Shown one piece after another: positions 9,896-18,822 of a stretch of 64,000 nt of DNA. The stretch's first letter is position 1. Each line of letters opens with the position of its first letter. The notes beneath the pieces were generated by a model, which worked only from the letters and a program-made list of their open reading frames with translations, was not told the DNA's origin and did no database searches. The stretch comes from an uncultured Planctomycetia bacterium (GTDB lineage: Bacteria; Omnitrophota; Gorgyraeia; Tantalellales; Tantalellaceae), in NCBI GenBank assembly GCA_964527555.1, contig CAZGOG010000005.1, positions 5,863-69,862 of the forward strand, given 5' to 3'. A program made the position numbers and the translations under genes.

Positions 9896-12661
9896 ATGAC
9901 AACTAAGACTGCAAGAAAAAAAGCTGTTAAGACGAAAAAGGACGTGTATTTTTTTGGCGGCGGTAAAGCCGATGGTGAAACTGAGATGAAAAATCTATTG
10001 GGAGGCAAAGGCGCTAACCTGGCAGAGATGGCGGGACACGCGAAACTCAGGCTTCCGGTTCCTGCCGGTTTTACTATAACGACAGATGTCTGCACTCATT
10101 ATTATAAAAGCAAAGGTAAGTATCCCGCCGGGCTCAAAGAAGAAGTGGCTGGTGCTTTAAAGAAAGTCGAGAAAGTCATGGGCAAGAAGTTCGGAGACCC
10201 CCACAATCCGCTTCTTGTATCCGTCCGTTCCGGGGCGCGCCGTTCCATGCCCGGGATGATGGAGACAGTGCTCAACATAGGCCTTACAACCAAGACGATA
10301 AAAGGGATTATCGCAAAAACGGACAACGAAAGGTTTGTCTACGACGCGTACAGGAGGCTTATAACCATGTATTCTGATGTGGTTATGGAAAAGTCCTGCG
10401 GCATAGAGCCCGGGGAAGGCAAGGGGATACGTGTCCAGCTTGAGAGAATAATGGCGGAGATGAAAAAAGAAAAAAATATCAAGCTTGATACGGAACTTGA
10501 CGCAGCGGATCTAAAACTTCTTTGCGAGAAATACAAGAAAAAAGTGAAACAGGTTCTGGGCAAGGAGTTCCCGGATGATGCCATGGAGCAGCTCTGGGGC
10601 GGCATAGGAGCGGTTTTCGCCTCATGGAACGGTAAGAGAGCTGTTTCGTACAGGCGTATTGAAAATATTCCCGATGAATGGGGCACGGCCGTAAATGTCC
10701 AGGCCATGGTGTTCGGTAATATGGGCAAGACTTCCGCGACCGGTGTTGCTTTCACGCGTAACCCGGGTAACGGTGACAACAAGTTCTACGGTGAGTATCT
10801 TATCAACGCTCAGGGTGAAGACGTTGTAGCCGGGACCAGGACACCCGCGCCGATAAACAAGAACTCGCAGAGCGAGCATAATAAACATGAGCTGATGCTT
10901 ACGGATTTTCTGCCTGGCGTGTATAAGCAGCTCGACTCTATCCAGAACAGGCTCGAGAAGCATTACCATGATATGCAGGATATAGAGTTCACCATTGAAG
11001 ACGGCAAACTCTATATACTTCAGACCCGTATAGGAAAACGTAACGGGCCTGCGGCTATCAAGATGGCTGTAGATATGGTCAAGGAGGGGCTTATCACGGA
11101 CAAAGAAGCTGTTATGCGCGTCAAACCCGAACAGCTTGATGAACTGCTGCATCCCATAATCGATCCTGATGCGGAGAAGAAAACCAAGGCATTGGCAAAA
11201 GGTCTTCCCGCCGGACCCGGTGCGGCAAACGGCATGATAGTCTTTGATTCGGATACTTCCGTTGAATGGGCTAAAAAAGGCAAGAAATCCATACTTGTCC
11301 GAGAAGAGACGAACCCGGAGGATGTCGAAGGTATGAGAGCGGCGCAGGCTATTCTCACTGCACGGGGAGGGATGACTTCACACGCGGCACTGGTCGCACG
11401 CGGCTGGGGTAAATGCTGCATAGTCGGCTGTTCAGACCTTGACATCGATCATGTCAACAAGACTGTAAGTATCGGGGGGACCGTTCTTAAAGAAGGCGAC
11501 TGGATAACCCTGAACGGGACGAAGGGACTTGTGTACAAAGATGTGCTTCCCATGATGGACGCGACAAAGGAAAACAAAGTTCTCAACAGTTTCTTGAAGA
11601 TTTGTGATTCTATACGCAAGCTTAAGATACGAACCAACGCTGATACTCCCGAGGATGCCAGAAAGGCGCGTGATTTCGGAGCTGAAGGGATAGGCCTCTT
11701 CAGAACGGAGCACATGTTTTACGGCGAAGGTTCTGAAGAACCGCTTTTCAAACTGCGCAAGATGATCCTTTCAGATTCAGTCGAGGAAAGGAGAGCGGCG
11801 CTGGATGAGCTGTACCCCTATGTGAAAGCGGATGTAAAGGGTACGCTTGAGGCCATGGCGGGCCTGCCGGTGACCATAAGGCTGCTTGATCCGCCGCTTC
11901 ATGAATTCGTTCCTCATCAGGAAGAAGGGCTTAAGAAACTTGCAAAAAGTCTGAATATCGGCATGGATGAGCTTGAGAAACGCATCTCGCTTCTTAAGGA
12001 GAGTAATCCCATGATGGGGCATCGCGGTGTCCGCCTCGGGGTGACATATCCCGAGATTACCGAGATGCAGGCAAGAGCCGTTTTGGAAGCTACGGCGGAA
12101 CTGATAAAGGCAAATAAGAAGGTAATGCCTGAGATCATGGTGCCTGTTGTAGGTACGGACAAGGAGATAAGCGACCAGGAAGAGATCATTAAACGGGTGC
12201 GGGAGGAAGTGCTCAAGAAGTATAAGCTTAAAAGTATTCCTCTTTTAGTCGGTACGATGATAGAGATACCTCGCGCAGCGCTTACGGCTGATAAGATAGC
12301 CAATGTGGCGGAATTCTTCTCGTTCGGCACCAATGACCTTACACAGATGAGCTACGGGTTTTCGCGCGATGATATGGGGGGATTTCTTATACCGTACCTG
12401 GAGAAACACATACTTCCGCAGGATCCTTTCCAGTCACTTGACACCGAAGGTGTAGGCCAGCTTATTAAAGTCGGTATCGAACGCGGGAGAAAAACGCGGC
12501 CGCATCTGAAGGTCGGTATATGCGGTGAGCATGGAGGGGACCCGGCGTCCATAGAGTTCTGTTACAAGGCAGGCATGGATTATGTGAGCTGCTCTCCGTT
12601 TCGCGTACCGATAGCTAGGCTTGCTGCAGCTCAAGCGGCGATTGCTAGTAGCAAGGCATAA
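9896..12661 (+). CDS. ppdK: Pyruvate, phosphate dikinase
   Basis: LLGGKGANLAEM, GGMTSHAA phospho-His motif, FSFGTNDLTQ, GICGEHGG. Confidence 0.98.
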   Translation: MTTKTARKKAVKTKKDVYFFGGGKADGETEMKNLLGGKGANLAEMAGHAKLRLPVPAGFTITTDVCTHYYKSKGKYPAGLKEEVAGALKKVEKVMGKKFGDPHNPLLVSVRSGARRSMPGMMETVLNIGLTTKTIKGIIAKTDNERFVYDAYRRLITMYSDVVMEKSCGIEPGEGKGIRVQLERIMAEMKKEKNIKLDTELDAADLKLLCEKYKKKVKQVLGKEFPDDAMEQLWGGIGAVFASWNGKRAVSYRRIENIPDEWGTAVNVQAMVFGNMGKTSATGVAFTRNPGNGDNKFYGEYLINAQGEDVVAGTRTPAPINKNSQSEHNKHELMLTDFLPGVYKQLDSIQNRLEKHYHDMQDIEFTIEDGKLYILQTRIGKRNGPAAIKMAVDMVKEGLITDKEAVMRVKPEQLDELLHPIIDPDAEKKTKALAKGLPAGPGAANGMIVFDSDTSVEWAKKGKKSILVREETNPEDVEGMRAAQAILTARGGMTSHAALVARGWGKCCIVGCSDLDIDHVNKTVSIGGTVLKEGDWITLNGTKGLVYKDVLPMMDATKENKVLNSFLKICDSIRKLKIRTNADTPEDARKARDFGAEGIGLFRTEHMFYGEGSEEPLFKLRKMILSDSVEERRAALDELYPYVKADVKGTLEAMAGLPVTIRLLDPPLHEFVPHQEEGLKKLAKSLNIGMDELEKRISLLKESNPMMGHRGVRLGVTYPEITEMQARAVLEATAELIKANKKVMPEIMVPVVGTDKEISDQEEIIKRVREEVLKKYKLKSIPLLVGTMIEIPRAALTADKIANVAEFFSFGTNDLTQMSYGFSRDDMGGFLIPYLEKHILPQDPFQSLDTEGVGQLIKVGIERGRKTRPHLKVGICGEHGGDPASIEFCYKAGMDYVSCSPFRVPIARLAAAQAAIASSKA

Positions 12662-12687
12662 GCCTTTCGGGTTGTGTTTTTGTTCTT

Positions 12688-12736
12688 CCGGGTGCGACAA
12701 GTGCCTCCAAAGTAGGGGGCGGCAAGTTGTATCCGG
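12688..12736 (+). other. G-U-rich RNA stem-loop in the ppdK-sigma intergenic region
   Basis: CCGGGTGCGAC (12688-98) pairs with GTTGTATCCGG (12726-36), 11 bp including 3 G-U, enclosing GCCTCC/GGGGGC. Confidence 0.45.
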
Positions 12737-12768
12737 CGGATGAGAAAAATGCAGAAGGAAACTAAATA

Positions 12769-13653
12769 ATGGATGCGATAAAACTTTATCTAAAGGACAT
12801 AAGGGACCTGCCGCTTCTTACGGCTGAGGAAGAGAAGGAGCTGGCACAAAAGGTGAAAAAAGGCGACAAGAAGGCGCGCCAGAAAATGATAAAAAGCAAC
12901 CTGCGCCTTGTGATTAACATCGCAAAAAAATACAGTTACCTTGGCGTTCCCATGCTGGATCTCATAGAGGAAGGTAACTTGGGCCTGATGAAAGCGGTTA
13001 CCAAATACGATCCGGACAAGGGGTACCGTTTCAGCACCTACGCGGCATGGTGGATAAAACAGTTCATCACCAGAGCCGTTGCCAATCAGGGAAAGACCGT
13101 CCGCATACCCGTTTACGTGATGGAAATGCTTATGAGGTTCCGGAAGGTAAAGAAGCATCTTTTGCAGAAGATGAAAAAGACTCCGCAGTTAAGCGATATC
13201 GCCAAGAAGATGAAACTGCCTGTGGGCCGCGTTCGGCAACTTAATCATATGGCTTCAAGCATCGCCAGTTTAAATGCGCCCATAGGTGAGACCGGTGATT
13301 CAGAGTTCATGGATCTGATCGAGGATGAGAATATCGTCAACTCCGTGGATGAACTTTCCAAATTCCTTCTTCATGAAAGGATCGAAGGACTTTTAGAGAA
13401 GATGACGGAGCGGGAAAAAAAGATACTTACGCTGAGGTTTGGTCTCGGTGAAGACGGCGTCTCGCATACGCTCAGAGACACCGCTAAACATTTCGGTATT
13501 ACGCGGGAAAGAGTAAGACAGATCGAAGCGGCATGCATGCAGAAACTGCGCAAGATGATGGAAGAGCAGGAAAAAGAATCCGAAGAGCTCTTTGCTAGAA
13601 GAACGAAGAAAAGAAAAAAAAGCGCTGTTAGAAGCACAAAACACAGAATATAA
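12769..13653 (+). CDS. Sigma-70 factor, RpoD/RpoS-like, lacking region 1.1
   Basis: Region 1.2 (LYLKDI..LPLLTAEEE), NLRLVINIAKKY, DLIEEGNLGLMKAV, FSTYAAWWIKQ, TRERVRQIE. Confidence 0.93.
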   Translation: MDAIKLYLKDIRDLPLLTAEEEKELAQKVKKGDKKARQKMIKSNLRLVINIAKKYSYLGVPMLDLIEEGNLGLMKAVTKYDPDKGYRFSTYAAWWIKQFITRAVANQGKTVRIPVYVMEMLMRFRKVKKHLLQKMKKTPQLSDIAKKMKLPVGRVRQLNHMASSIASLNAPIGETGDSEFMDLIEDENIVNSVDELSKFLLHERIEGLLEKMTEREKKILTLRFGLGEDGVSHTLRDTAKHFGITRERVRQIEAACMQKLRKMMEEQEKESEELFARRTKKRKKSAVRSTKHRI

Positions 13654-13703
13654 AAGCGTTTTAATCCTCTGTTTTTGCGCCTCTTATATTTTTGATTATT
13701 CAT

Positions 13704-13780
<77 letters not shown>

Positions 13781-13883
13781 CCTTTTGAAGGTGAACGTAT
13801 TATATGAAAAATGGATGTAATTCGGCAAAGAATAAGAACTAAAGAAGCCCGTGACTTGGCAGAGTATTGAGGGGGTGAGAGGC

Positions 13884-14291
13884 ATGAATCAGGATGCGGG
13901 ATCGGTTTATCCGGGCGGGGAAAGAAGACTTTACAAGAGAATAGCGAAACCGTTCATGACGAAGTTCCGTATTTTAAAAGACGAGCCTAGCCAGGAAGAT
14001 TCGGCCAGCTGGGATATGGTGGTTGTGAAAAATTTAGGGGCCGGAGGCATCCTTTTTAACTATGATAAAAAGATGGATATGGGATCGCTTCTTGATTTAA
14101 AAATAAATTTTCCGGCATCGGAACAGCCCATTAAGTGTACCGGCAAAGTCATACGCATCGAAGACACTCCGCATCCTTCGGTGGTCCGCATCGCTGCGGT
14201 TTTTACGGAAATCAGCGAGGAAGAAAAAGCGATGATAAATAATCTTGCAGAGGGTTTTTATTCTAATAGACCCGGACGGATAGCGCCATAG
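13884..14291 (+). CDS. PilZ-domain protein
   Basis: ERRLYKR (RxxxR), NLGAGG variant of (D/N)xSxxG, GKVIR. Confidence 0.85.
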   Translation: MNQDAGSVYPGGERRLYKRIAKPFMTKFRILKDEPSQEDSASWDMVVVKNLGAGGILFNYDKKMDMGSLLDLKINFPASEQPIKCTGKVIRIEDTPHPSVVRIAAVFTEISEEEKAMINNLAEGFYSNRPGRIAP

Positions 14292-14311
14292 GAAATCCAA
14301 ACGTATTAGCG

Positions 14312-14644
14312 GTGAAGAGCATATTTTTATTTTTTTTGATTAGCGGGTTTTTGGTTTGTCAGAATGTATGTGCGGACGATCTTCCGCTTAAAGACGGCAT
14401 TTACCAGGGCAGTTACTCCTTCATAAAAGTTTCACTTACCGTCAAAGACGGCAGGATTGATGCGATTGTAATGACGGAGCATGGCGGAGGCGGCGAAGAG
14501 TACGCCAGCATGGCAAGAGAGCTTATTCCCGCAATCATAGAGAGGCAGTCAACGGAAGTTGACGCTGTCAGCGGCGCCACGGTAAGCAGTCGCAATCTGA
14601 AAGAAGCCGTTAAAGATGCCCTGCGAAAGGCTTCCGGCGAGTAA
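14312..14644 (+). CDS. Secreted FMN-binding (flavinylation) domain protein
   Basis: Signal peptide, DGIYQG, VDAVSGATVSS flavinylation motif. Confidence 0.9.
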   Translation: MKSIFLFFLISGFLVCQNVCADDLPLKDGIYQGSYSFIKVSLTVKDGRIDAIVMTEHGGGGEEYASMARELIPAIIERQSTEVDAVSGATVSSRNLKEAVKDALRKASGE

Positions 14645-14659
14645 AAAGAAAGGAACCAG

Positions 14660-15025
14660 ATGCTTTCCAAAATATTGGGAATAATATGGATTATTTTCGG
14701 CGCACTTTGGTTCTTTAGACCCGAGGGGCTTAAGAACCGTTTAAAAAGAAAGATGAGCCGCAGGATGAGGCGGACCGTTTATGTTTTTATCTTGATATTC
14801 GGGTTTCTTCTGATGGGAAGCGTGTTTAAGGCTCACGGAGTCCTTCCCAAGGTCGTAGGCATAATAGGGATAATCATCACGATAAAAGCCATACTTTTGA
14901 TCACCTCAAAGACCAGCGAAAAGATATTCGGGTGGTGGGCGGAAAGACCCCTCACATTTTTCAGGATATGGGCACTATTTGTCTTTGCAACGGGTCTAAT
15001 GCTGATGTTTGTCACAAAGAGTTAA
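14660..15025 (+). CDS. Small integral membrane protein (4 predicted TM)
   Basis: Four hydrophobic segments, RBS AAGGA. Confidence 0.75.
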   Translation: MLSKILGIIWIIFGALWFFRPEGLKNRLKRKMSRRMRRTVYVFILIFGFLLMGSVFKAHGVLPKVVGIIGIIITIKAILLITSKTSEKIFGWWAERPLTFFRIWALFVFATGLMLMFVTKS

Positions 15026-15052
15026 TCTACAGCTATAAGAAAGGGGGAGTTG

Positions 15053-15547
15053 ATGGAATCTATGATTAGGGGAGGCAAACTCGCGCTGGTGCTGGTAATA
15101 ATCCTTCTTCCGCTTATCTTTTTCGGCGGTATAGATCTGGCTGAAGCCGATAATACTGTGGGCGGCGATGATGCCACACAAGAGGAGGCGTGGACTAAGG
15201 ATTTAGATAAAAAGATTGATAAGACAATAGCGATTTTAAATGTGATAAAGGAAGAGATGCAGAAGGCGGAGGAGCCCTTACCTTCGGATAAAAAAGTACA
15301 GGCGAAAACCGGGGAAGAAGAAGCGGAAGAACTGGGAGAAAAAGCAGGACGAGCAGCCGGGACGATGGCCAGGATCTGGAGAAAGATCAGGGACATTATA
15401 GGGGTCAAAGAAGGCGAAGGCACTACTGAAGACAAAGACGAGTGGAGTCAAGATTTGAGTGTGAAACTTGATAAAACCATTGCAGCCATGCAGGGCATGA
15501 AAGAGGAGCTGGATAAGATTAAAGAAGAAGATGCCAGGTCCGAATAG
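15053..15547 (+). CDS. Secreted/anchored acidic helical protein with internal duplication
   Basis: N-terminal hydrophobic segment; repeat WTKDLDKKIDKTIA / WSQDLSVKLDKTIA. Confidence 0.7.
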   Translation: MESMIRGGKLALVLVIILLPLIFFGGIDLAEADNTVGGDDATQEEAWTKDLDKKIDKTIAILNVIKEEMQKAEEPLPSDKKVQAKTGEEEAEELGEKAGRAAGTMARIWRKIRDIIGVKEGEGTTEDKDEWSQDLSVKLDKTIAAMQGMKEELDKIKEEDARSE

Positions 15548-15611
15548 TTTAAAAAGCACAAAATATTCGTAAGCACTTGTAATATTTTATCTAAAGATGT
15601 AAACTTTACCT

Positions 15612-15730
15612 GTGAAGCTCCATGGGCTAACGCCCATGGAATCCACAGTTTCAGTCGTTCCGTCAAGCGGAAAGACTGCACCGAAGGGCGTTCATCCATG
15701 CCCTTACGGGCGTGGTTTTCTGGTGCGTGG
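15612..15730 (-). mobile_element. IS200/IS605-type non-autonomous mini-element, family 1 copy A (most diverged)
   Basis: Reverse complement of copies B-D; preceded by TTTAC (15735-15731), ends TTCAC, two GTNA-loop hairpins, no target duplication. Confidence 0.8.
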
Positions 15731-15770
15731 GTAAAAGCATAAAACGCATATTTGTAGCATAAGGATCTTT

Positions 15771-16139
15771 ATGGGGCAAAAAAATATTCTTATTGCCGAT
15801 GACGAGCAGGAATTCTGCTCGATGGCAGCCAATTTTTTTGAGGAAAGAGGGTATAAGGCCAGCTGCGTCAATAAGGGGGAAGACGCCATAAAAAAAGTCA
15901 AGGAAGAGAAGTTCGATATTGTTTTACTTGACTTAAGAATGCCATATTTTAGCGGGGGGTTTGGCATCTTTAGGGAGATCAAACAGGTTGACCCGAATAT
16001 CCCCATTATATTAATTACCGGCTGCACGCCGGCAGAAATCCAAAAGCCATTGGAAGACATTAATGCCGATGATGTCTTATATAAACCGTTTAAGATGGAC
16101 AAACTCCTTAAAAGCATAGAGAAAATACTTGTAAAATAG
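15771..16139 (+). CDS. Single-domain response regulator (receiver)
   Basis: ILIADDE, DIVLLDLRMP, ITG, KPF. Confidence 0.92.
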   Translation: MGQKNILIADDEQEFCSMAANFFEERGYKASCVNKGEDAIKKVKEEKFDIVLLDLRMPYFSGGFGIFREIKQVDPNIPIILITGCTPAEIQKPLEDINADDVLYKPFKMDKLLKSIEKILVK

Positions 16140-16239
16140 TAAAAAATAATCGTCCCTTTCTTAAATATAGCAAATTATCCGCTTCTCTTAAATTTACCCG
16201 AAGATTCAGTTAGGCCTTAGGTTTTTTCTTATAATTACA

Positions 16240-16257
16240 ATATAGCAGCTGCTATAT
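16240..16257. promoter_or_regulatory. Perfect 18-bp palindrome, candidate operator at the U32 gene promoter
   Basis: ATATAGCAGCTGCTATAT, 4 bp downstream of TATAAT (16230-35). Confidence 0.45.
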
Positions 16258-16273
16258 CATTAATAAATTAAGT

Positions 16274-17491
16274 ATGAAAAACAATCTTAAACCGGAACTG
16301 GTAGCTCCTGCAGGGGACTGGTCTTCACTTTCCAGTGCCGTATCTTCTGGCGCTGATGCTGTCTATTTCGGCATCAAAGGAATAAACATGCGTCACGGAG
16401 CCAGTAATTTCGATGTCCTTGAACTTAAGAAAGTAATGGCCCTCCTGCATAAAATGGGCAGGAAGGGATACCTGGCTTTAAATGTGCTTGTTTATAATAA
16501 TGAAATCAGTAAGATACGGGGGATACTTGAAGAAGCAAGTAGAAGCGGGGTTGATGCAGTTATCCTCTGGGACATGGCTGTTTTATCTCCGGCAAGAGAG
16601 CTGGGTCTTAAAACACATCTATCCACACAGGCAAGTGTCTCGAATCTCGAGGCGTTAAAATTCTACTCTGACCTGGGAGTGGAAAGAATAGTGTTAGCCA
16701 GGGAATGCAGTCTCGATGATATACGGCAAATAATCTCCGGGATAGAGAGGGAGGGTATCTCTTGCGGCGTGGAGACCTTTATCCATGGCGCCATGTGCCT
16801 GAGTATATCCGGAAGGTGCCTTCTTTCGTATGATTCTTTTTCAAAATCTGCTAACAGGGGAGAATGCATCCAGCCGTGCAGGAGGGAATTTATGGTTACG
16901 GATTCCCAGGAAGAATGCCGGTATATACTCGGAGAGGACTACGTATTAAGCCCGAAAGACCTTTGCACCATTAGTTTTATTGATAAACTTATACTTTCGG
17001 GGGTAAATGCGTTTAAGATAGAGGGACGCATGCGTTCTCCGGAGTACGCCAAGATAACTACTTCTGTGTACAGGGAAGCGATTGATGCTTTTAGCGAGGG
17101 GAAGCTGGATGAAAAACTGAAAGGGGAGCTTTTGAATACACTCAAGAAGTCTTTTAACAGGGGTTTTTCAGACGGCTTTTATTTTAAGAAAGCGAAGGAT
17201 CTCGGGGGAAAACTTCAGAACAATTATGAAAAGGTTTATCTGGGCGAAGTCGTGAAATTTTATAAAAGAATAAGAGTTGCCGAAATTGCGATAACAAACG
17301 AATCTTTAAAAAAAGGGCAAAAGATTCTAGTGACCGGCAAGAACACTCCTGCCGCCTTTTCTATGGTGGAAGAGATGCAGATAGACCATAGAGAGGTCGA
17401 CTTTGTCCCACGGGGCAAAGCAGTAGGCATCAAATTACCTTTTAAAGTAAGGCCAAAGGATAAAGTGTTTCTTTGGCATGAGAAAGCGTAG
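16274..17491 (+). CDS. U32-family protein (TrhP/RlhA-like Fe-S hydroxylation protein)
   Basis: PELVAPAG, GADAVYFG, HLSTQ, HGAMC..SGRC..NRGEC.QPCR, KIEGR. Confidence 0.9.
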   Translation: MKNNLKPELVAPAGDWSSLSSAVSSGADAVYFGIKGINMRHGASNFDVLELKKVMALLHKMGRKGYLALNVLVYNNEISKIRGILEEASRSGVDAVILWDMAVLSPARELGLKTHLSTQASVSNLEALKFYSDLGVERIVLARECSLDDIRQIISGIEREGISCGVETFIHGAMCLSISGRCLLSYDSFSKSANRGECIQPCRREFMVTDSQEECRYILGEDYVLSPKDLCTISFIDKLILSGVNAFKIEGRMRSPEYAKITTSVYREAIDAFSEGKLDEKLKGELLNTLKKSFNRGFSDGFYFKKAKDLGGKLQNNYEKVYLGEVVKFYKRIRVAEIAITNESLKKGQKILVTGKNTPAAFSMVEEMQIDHREVDFVPRGKAVGIKLPFKVRPKDKVFLWHEKA

Positions 17492-17500
17492 AGCTAAGAA

Positions 17501-18103
17501 GTGCCTGATATTATCGAGGAAAAATTCAATAAATGGACCGGGGGATGTTCCCCGGAAAAAGCCCGGATAAAGATATTCGAGGAAATACGGGATATTCCTT
17601 TCAGCGTAGTGCCGGAACTTTTCAGTCTTGATAAAGGACCAAGGGGGATGCTTGAGGAAAACAGGGGATTCTGCGTGCCTAAGCATTATCTATTGGGTAT
17701 GATGTATCAGAAGCTGGGGGTGCCTGTCAGATATCATACTTATTCATTCAGATGGAGTGAGATAGATGTAGATTACCCGCAAGATTTAAAAAAACTTGCC
17801 AAGAGAGCGTCTGTAACCTACCACTTGGCGTGTAAAGCTTTTATCGAAAAGAGGTGGGTTTTGATAGATGCCACATGGGACAGCCCCTTAAAGAAAACGG
17901 GATTTTTGGTAAATGAAGATTGGGACGGGAGAAGCCCGATGAAAAATGCCGTTAAACCGCTGGAGGAGTTTATTCACGAGGATGCCCGCCAGAGGGATAT
18001 TGTATTTCAGGAAAAACTGGCTTTATATACATTGGAAGAGAAACTGGAGCTTTCAAGGTTTTCTCTCGGGCTCAATCAGTGGCTTGAAGAGCTGAGGAAG
18101 TGA
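17501..18103 (+). CDS. Transglutaminase-like domain protein
   Basis: GFCVPKH (Cys), YH (His), WVLIDATWD (Asp) triad pattern. Confidence 0.7.
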   Translation: MPDIIEEKFNKWTGGCSPEKARIKIFEEIRDIPFSVVPELFSLDKGPRGMLEENRGFCVPKHYLLGMMYQKLGVPVRYHTYSFRWSEIDVDYPQDLKKLAKRASVTYHLACKAFIEKRWVLIDATWDSPLKKTGFLVNEDWDGRSPMKNAVKPLEEFIHEDARQRDIVFQEKLALYTLEEKLELSRFSLGLNQWLEELRK

Positions 18104-18167
18104 CGCGTTAACGGAGAAAGCTCTTGGCATTTATTTGTTTTATTCAAGTTTTTGTGATACCTTTTAC

Positions 18168-18285
18168 CCATGCACCAGAAGGCCACGCCCGTAAGGGCGT
18201 GGATGAATGGCCTTCGGTGCAGGGTTCCGCTTGACGGAAAGACTGAAACTGTGGATTCCATGGGCGTTAGCCCATGGAGCTTCAC
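18168..18285 (+). mobile_element. IS200/IS605-type mini-element, family 1 copy B
   Basis: TTTAC|CCATGCACCAG-AAGG-CCACGCCC GTAA GGGCGTGG ... CCATGGGC GTTA GCCCATGG-AGCTTCAC. Confidence 0.85.
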
Positions 18286-18330
18286 AAGGTGTTGTTTTGT
18301 GGAGAGGTGAGGCAAAAAAAGGAGGGTAAG

Positions 18331-18573
18331 ATGAAGCTGAGTGTAAAGGCGTTTGCTCTGGCAGGTGGAATCTTGTGGGGATTAGCCGTATTTATTCTTA
18401 CGTGGCTAAAAATAATGGGGTACGGGGGAGAACTTACCCTCATCAAGTCGTATTATATCGGATATTCAGTTACCCCGTTAGGAAGCGTGATAGGCGCAGT
18501 TTATGGATTTTTCGATGCCGGCATCGGTTGCGCTATCTTTGTACTGCTGTATAACAAACTTGCAGAGAAATAA
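18331..18573 (+). CDS. Small 2-TM membrane protein (family often auto-annotated as holin-like)
   Basis: AAGGAGG RBS before ATG 18331; GY..T..GS.IG..YGF.D motif; upstream ORF extension comes from the mini-element. Confidence 0.75.
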   Translation: MKLSVKAFALAGGILWGLAVFILTWLKIMGYGGELTLIKSYYIGYSVTPLGSVIGAVYGFFDAGIGCAIFVLLYNKLAEK

Positions 18574-18602
18574 ATAATCCCTTAATATCGGCATTTGCTA
18601 TC

Positions 18603-18643
18603 AACAAGCATCCGGAACTTAAAATTTCCGGATGCTTGTTTTA
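18603..18643 (+). terminator. Rho-independent terminator
   Basis: AACAAGCATCCGGAA / TTCCGGATGCTTGTT 15-bp stem followed by T-rich tail. Confidence 0.8.
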
Positions 18644-18822
18644 TAAGTAAAGCTTTTAAAATGATCATAGTATCTTAGCGGCTAAGCTAAGTTTAATAAC
18701 TACAATAATACCCGCTCCAATATTAAAATGAAGTTTAAAGTTGCATTGACGTGCAGCATTGTTTTTTTAGCCGCTTCGTGGTAAACTCTCACTATTATTC
18801 ATCAAAAAAACGGAGGCATGTT

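Noticed and set aside
13781-18573. Genomic island or prophage integrated at tRNA-Arg, including a holin-like gene
   Set aside because: No integrase, no duplicated tRNA 3' end, and no phage structural or lysis genes seen
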